A DNA stretch of 64,000 nucleotides from Lingula anatina (Eukaryota > Animalia > Brachiopoda): positions 43,192,788 to 43,256,787 of the forward strand of contig CM120640.1 in assembly GCA_051362555.1 (NCBI GenBank), written 5' to 3'. Within the stretch, counting starts at the first letter, position 1, and the number at the start of each line of letters is the position of its first letter. Below are positions 58,337 through 64,000 of the stretch, piece by piece. The notes under the pieces are model-generated. The model did not search any database. It was not told where the DNA came from and saw only the letters and a list, made by a program, of their open reading frames with translations. Made by a program: the position numbers and the translations under genes.

Positions 58337-59367
58337 AGGGCCAAATTGACAGCTATCTAGCACCTGCAAAAATTTATCTTAAAACTAAAATCAACCACTG
58401 CTGTCATCCAAGTATAAATATCAATTACATCATCTTCCCTGTGCAATTGTTTTATTTCTTTTTAAATTTTTTTTCCAATTTTTTTTTATGAAAATATCGT
58501 GAATCAGACAAGTTTAAGAAATTACCCCCTCCCCTCCTTAGTCCCTGGCCACAAGTCTCTGTGGCTAAAAAAATAAAAACTTTACCTTACTGGGCCAAAG
58601 GCCTACTTAATAATTTTGCTCTAAAGAATAACAAAGGCTGAACTTGTTTGCAGAAGATGACCACCATCACAAAAATTAAAGGAACTTAACTATCAATATC
58701 ATTAATTTTTTTTTTAATATCAAAGTGAACAAGTATTAATCTCCTGTCTAAAAGGAATCAAACACTAAGTCAAGCTTTGCCAATATTCCATCTCTTAAAG
58801 TTTTGTTCTGGTTGGTTTTAGCAAGGAGTTATAACTCCTTGGTTTTAGGCAGAGTCCTTAAACAACTAGAGCTGCAGGCCCAAATGACCGGTGGAAAACA
58901 ATAATTTCTAACATAATGCAGATTAATTAATATCTTAAAAAACACATTTTCTCCAAAGTCTGAACAAAATAAGTCTGGTCTAATTTTTGCATCCAGATCC
59001 CACTGCAAATACAAAGACAAAAATATAGGTGTAAAATGTGTGTACATGTATGCAGTTGTTTGCACTTGGCTGGCACCATCGCAGGCATGTGTGACTCATT
59101 TGCATGAGCATTGACATGCATGTCTCTATGGGTGCCTTTTTACGAATAAGATCCAAGCTTATAGCATATGTCTTAACACGATAACTGTGTGCATACATTG
59201 TAGACAGCATATTAAATAAATGTCTGACTTCACACTTATCATGAATATAACCGTCTCCTATATAACACTTCAATAAACTCACTCATCCTTCCTGGAACAC
59301 TCAACACCATCACTCAAGCATGACCATGCAACAATATTACTTAAAAGGAAAGAGTCCGATTTTAATT

Positions 59368-59372
<5 letters not shown>

Positions 59373-59425
<53 letters not shown>

Positions 59426-59447
59426 TGCACACACACACACACACACA
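59373..59447. repeat. Compound (CT)n(CA)n microsatellite
   Basis: Visible directly in the sequence. Confidence 0.9.
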
Positions 59448-60433
59448 AACTAATCATATCAAAGAGTTTCCAATATAAACACACAAAGACAAGTTACAAT
59501 ATAAAGAACCATATTGATGACATAATGACCTCAAAACATCAGTCAGTTTTTGATAGCTTCATCACAAACCGTAAAATATCAAATAAACAGCCTAATAAAA
59601 AAAGAGTTGGCAAAATAAATATCAATTTACATTAGGTCACATGCTAATGTATTTCATTTCATTACATTACATAATCTGACGGATATAATCATTTAAAACA
59701 CCTATCAAATCCTACAATGGACAGAAAGTTTGGCCATAAAGGCTTTTAAAAACTTGCCTTTTCCTACAGGGATTCATCTTCCCTTACCTATAAAAACTTT
59801 TGATTCAGTTTGTCAGATATTAAATATCCAACAAAAAAATGATGGTAGGAAAAATTATATTATGAAAGTATAAAATACATTTCACCTATTATCAGAGAAA
59901 CCTATACTGTAAAATGATTCCTATTTATTATCTGGCATTACACATGGGGAGTTTCAACTTAAAAGGACATACCTGTAGGACTGTATTCATGCCATATCTT
60001 GTGAAAGTCAGTATGTTAACACCAAGAAGTTTAAGTGTAAAATCATAAAATGCAGACTTCTGCTAGAAACTAGAAAAATGTTGAAGTTGGCTTATATTAA
60101 AAAAATAACAGAAATAAAAAAAATTATAAGTACCCAATCTAACTAGTGGACACATTTAGTTTGCATTATAAAATATTTTAAGATGTCACAAAGAACCACC
60201 TCCTGCTTTCTCAATATCCAAATGTTTCTTATTTAAACATTTACTAACTATATTTACAGTTTACTAAAACTCACCAATACTGAATCCCCACTGTCACTGA
60301 CTTGGCTCTAAAAACTGATGGTCAGTTTAAACTCTGGAGAAAACAATGTATAGGTGAACCAAAGAGTTGTATCAAACAACTCCTTGGGTGAATACTGACA
60401 TCTGCAATAACCAGGTATAAAGAGAGAGTTATC

Positions 60434-60505
<72 letters not shown>

Positions 60506-62191
60506 GCTGCTGTACTTTAGTAACACCATAAAATAACTCGCTTCTTTTTAAGCATCAAATCCAAATTCTTATCTGTACATACCTGTTGCTTAAAATTTCC
60601 ATGGGAACATTTTCACAGCCAACAGTATTACTTTATAAATCAGATACTCATTATCTTACAAGTGTTTTGCTCTTTGTAATACCTCGTGTCTTGTTCTTTT
60701 ATACACATACACACATTTACACATAGCTTTTAGCCCTTCTTTGTATATACAAATATATAAACACATAAATGGTTCTTTGATAAGCAGGTTTTCTCAGCAA
60801 GTGGGTTTCACATGGGCGACTTTTGCGTTAAGATTTGTTCACTTCAAAGTTATACCATGCCATAATAGATTGACTGTTTTACAGAATATGGACTAAAACA
60901 TAAAACCTAATAATTAATCTTATTTCAACAAGACCCATTTGTGTATTCCAACTCCTTCTCGGTTCATAAAAATGCAAACCATCAGAACTGAGGTTTCCTT
61001 CTTACATACTCCCCCCCCCCCCCCCAAAAAAAAAAAAAAAAAATCTCCAAGTACTATAACCCAACTCAACTCAACGCAACCAAAAAAAAAATCCTATTGA
61101 AAACCAAAGAGAAAGGGTATCCATTTCTCGAGGGAGTTCCCATTCCAGTAGACTTCAATTGTAAGGTTTCTTTACTCTAAGCTATGCAAAATGGTTGTGG
61201 ACACCTTCACTTGCACAGTATGTATATGCCTATCACAGTGAGCATATACTTATTTAATGCATCATATCCTCAGTCTGTGGACTCAGCTTTGATTTAAATG
61301 GGGTTATTTCAATTTGGTTCAAACATGTGCCTTTTCCTTGAATAAAACCAGTGTATTCTGTCTGTACACTAGAGAACTTGTTTACCACCTACCAGGATGG
61401 AAGTATAGAGGTTCATATATCACTGGTTGCTGTTACTTAAAACTAATATACTGCAGTGTACATCATTTAGACAGCTTCAGATTTCACTGTATCTAAACAA
61501 TGGGCAAATATATCCTAACATTCAAACATTTTGGTTCAAAGAGTAAATATACATGTTGCTCTTTGTACCAGTCAGTAATCAATCAGTAATAAAATATTTA
61601 CAAACCAAACAATCTTAAGAGAGAGTACCTTGTCTCTCTCTCTCTTTTCAACCAGTGCAATTATGTACATGTAAAAATTTTTCTCAAGTAACATGGTAAT
61701 GTACAAACCTTCCATTTCCATTAACTATTTACATTTTATCTTGCTTGCACGATTATTAACAACATCATCTTTAAAACTCTCTCTCATAAAAACTTAAGTA
61801 TACAGATAAATGAATATATAAAGTTCTCAGTGGTACTGCACTGCCCATTTTTTACATTAAGTATTCATTTTTCTAACAATATTTGCTTCTTGAATTTCAT
61901 TTTTTTCTACAATTTCTTACTTTTCTTAAAAAATAAAATGACTGTTGAAAGGCATCTTACGACAAACATGATTTTCTAATAATTGAATGATAATGATGTA
62001 AAACTTTACTTTTCAGCCACCTCTTTTCAGCTACATTGTTCTTTAATACTGTTTTCTTTCCCTCTCTGTCAACTGCTAGTCTTTTTTTTAAATTCTTTCT
62101 TCTCTCTCCTTTCCAACCCTTACCTTCTTGCATCTCCATATTATGTCCCATTCTTAAAATTTTTCTTCTCATTTACAGACTTTCAGTTGCA

Positions 62192-62396
62192 ATAATTTCC
62201 TCACTTTTTCAGTAAAAGCTGGCGAAGTGATGATAGTTTTATGGCAGTGAAATGTTGATGACTATATATGTCCCATTCGTAATATTTTTCTTCTCTTTAA
62301 CAAACTCTCAAAGTTGTGATAATTTCCTCAGTTTTTTCAATGAAAGCTGGCGAAGTGATGATGGTTTTATGGCAGTGAACTGTTGATGACTATATA
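62192..62396. repeat. Imperfect direct duplication of ~78 bp, ~127-bp spacing, downstream of the EDC3 stop codon
   Basis: ATAATTTCCTCA...AAAGCTGGCGAAGTGATGAT.GTTTTATGGCAGTGAA.TGTTGATGACTATATA occurs twice. Confidence 0.85.
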
Positions 62397-62836
62397 CACA
62401 GTAATGTTACTGTTATTGTTGGTCAAGTTCGAATCATCTGTGTACAGCATCTACTTCTTTGACATTTTTATACACATAGAGATTGTCACATTTTCCATTC
62501 ATTTACAGTGTATCCTTAAATACTGTGAAGTCCTTCACTCAAGCACCAAGGACTAAATACCTCGAGTTGAATTATCTGGATGCTCTTGACAAATCATGAC
62601 TAGGTCAGGCCATGCACTAGATTTTCACCATATCTGAGATCAAAATTCATAGTACTCGCTGCCTTATTAACATTTCTAAATATCAGCAATATTGTTTTTC
62701 AGTCACATATTTTCTTGGAAGCCCCCATATGTTCATAACTGTCTGACATAATACAGTTCCAGTCAGTAACATTACAACTATTCATACTGGCAGGAGCTTG
62801 TAAGTTCACCAAGGGGGCCCCCACACTCCTTCCTTT

Positions 62837-64000
62837 TTATGAGGATGCCTTAACATGAAGTGGAATGACAAACTTGTGACCGAATGGCGACTGGTAAGTT
62901 ATCCCTAACTGTTTAAAAATAGCTTTAGGGAGTCCCAGATCACACAGATAGATCTGTCCACAATTATCTGGCAAGTTCAGAGGCAGTCCCAGACACATGG
63001 ACCATTTATTTTGTATGTCGCTGCCTCCATCAGCTGGTGGGTCCATGGCCATTACTGGGGCTTTGCTCTGGTTGGTCCAATTAACAATGGTGGTGTACCA
63101 TGGTTGACTGCGGAGGTGTTTATTCTCACCATTGTCCAGGCAGTTGATTATTATGTCAACTGGGAATGTAGGAAGGCCTGGAAGAAGGTCATGTTTAATA
63201 TCATAGTCTTTTCAAAATAATGTCAACAATAACACAAAATAAAAAGTGTGTGTGTATGTATGTGTGCATGCACGTGTCTGTGATTTGGACTTTTTAAAAA
63301 ATACTACTCCTGGTCTTTGTTTTCATCTCAACATACCACTTGGATCGGAAGTCTTCTTTCCACTGGTCAATTCAAACAAAGCTATCTCTTCCGCCAGCCA
63401 GTTCAACATCTTAAGAAAATTTGGCACAAAGAGGATCACATTGACATTGTGGTTGGCTAGCTGCCTTGCACACGACACACCCTGAGCACCTTGCATATGT
63501 GGCCCACATAGCACCACCACTGTGGGGCGCTGGTGAGCATTACGAGGATTGAGTCTACAAAAAAAGAAGGAAAAAGTTTTGTGTTTATTCATCATGATGT
63601 TAACTTCAACAGTAACAAGTGGCTACCCTGTGGCATTATGCCAACTAAAGGCAATACTTGGTATCACAACACATATGCCAACAAACTGCAGATTAAAAAA
63701 AAAACATACTTCTAATTATAGATAATGAAATTCTTACTAGACTATTTTATTTAATGAATTACATTTTTCAGTATTTTTTTTAAATGAAAAGCTATCATTA
63801 CTTAAATCAGTGGGTCTTCTGAATACACAACATGCCCACTGCAACCACCTGTCTTACCTGTGTGCACCACCAAGAAGCTGCAGCACCATTTCACATGCAG
63901 ATCTACCCACAACTTCCAGCAAGCGCTCTGTCTTAAATCCAGCTTTTTCCGCTTTCTCGAATAGTTTATTGCGTAAATCTTGTGGAATGCAAGGAACAAC
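62837..64000 (-). CDS. EDC3: Enhancer of mRNA-decapping protein 3, C-terminal YjeF_N domain (last three exons; gene continues beyond the window)
   Basis: Exons >64000-63858, 63554-63337 and 63177-62837. The sequence LLGGAHRLNPRNAHQRPTVVVLCGPHMQGAQGVSCARQLANH...LPTFPVDIIINCLD...QPWY...W.NQ...DPP...KWS..LGLPL...YLCDLGLP...YQSPFGHKFVIPLH closely follows the EDC3 C-terminus as I recall it. Confidence 0.95.

Noticed and set aside
62192-62396. Duplicated segment with GTGATGA, resembling box C/D snoRNAs
   Set aside because: There is no downstream CTGA box D or terminal stem, and it is antisense to EDC3 and not intronic. A local duplication explains it.

Overview
AT-rich, intron-dense animal genomic DNA. 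A marine invertebrate such as a mollusc or other lophotrochozoan is inferred from gene content and repeat types; the species cannot be determined. I assembled exons by hand using splice signals and frame continuity. Genes in order: a spliced MADF/BESS-like gene set in PIF/Harbinger-type sequence (+); a RERG-like Ras GTPase (-); a small single-pass membrane ORF (-); a Rab11-FIP-like gene with an extra IPT/TIG domain (-); an astacin metalloprotease (+); a 468-aa mostly disordered protein with one coding exon (-); a small multi-exon orphan gene (+); a secreted GH10 glycanase with a CBM4/9-like module and a PCSK9-type C-terminal Cys-rich domain (-); and the 3' part of EDC3 (-). Mobile DNA comprises a Harbinger MITE, a tRNA-derived SINE, an 820-bp TIR element with a RecQ-like helicase fragment and a nested MITE, and other MITE-like inverted repeats. 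The most notable items are the two domain fusions (GH10 + PCSK9-CTD; Rab11-FIP + Sec5-like IPT) and the nested helicase-bearing transposon. All family assignments come from recalled motifs, not database searches.
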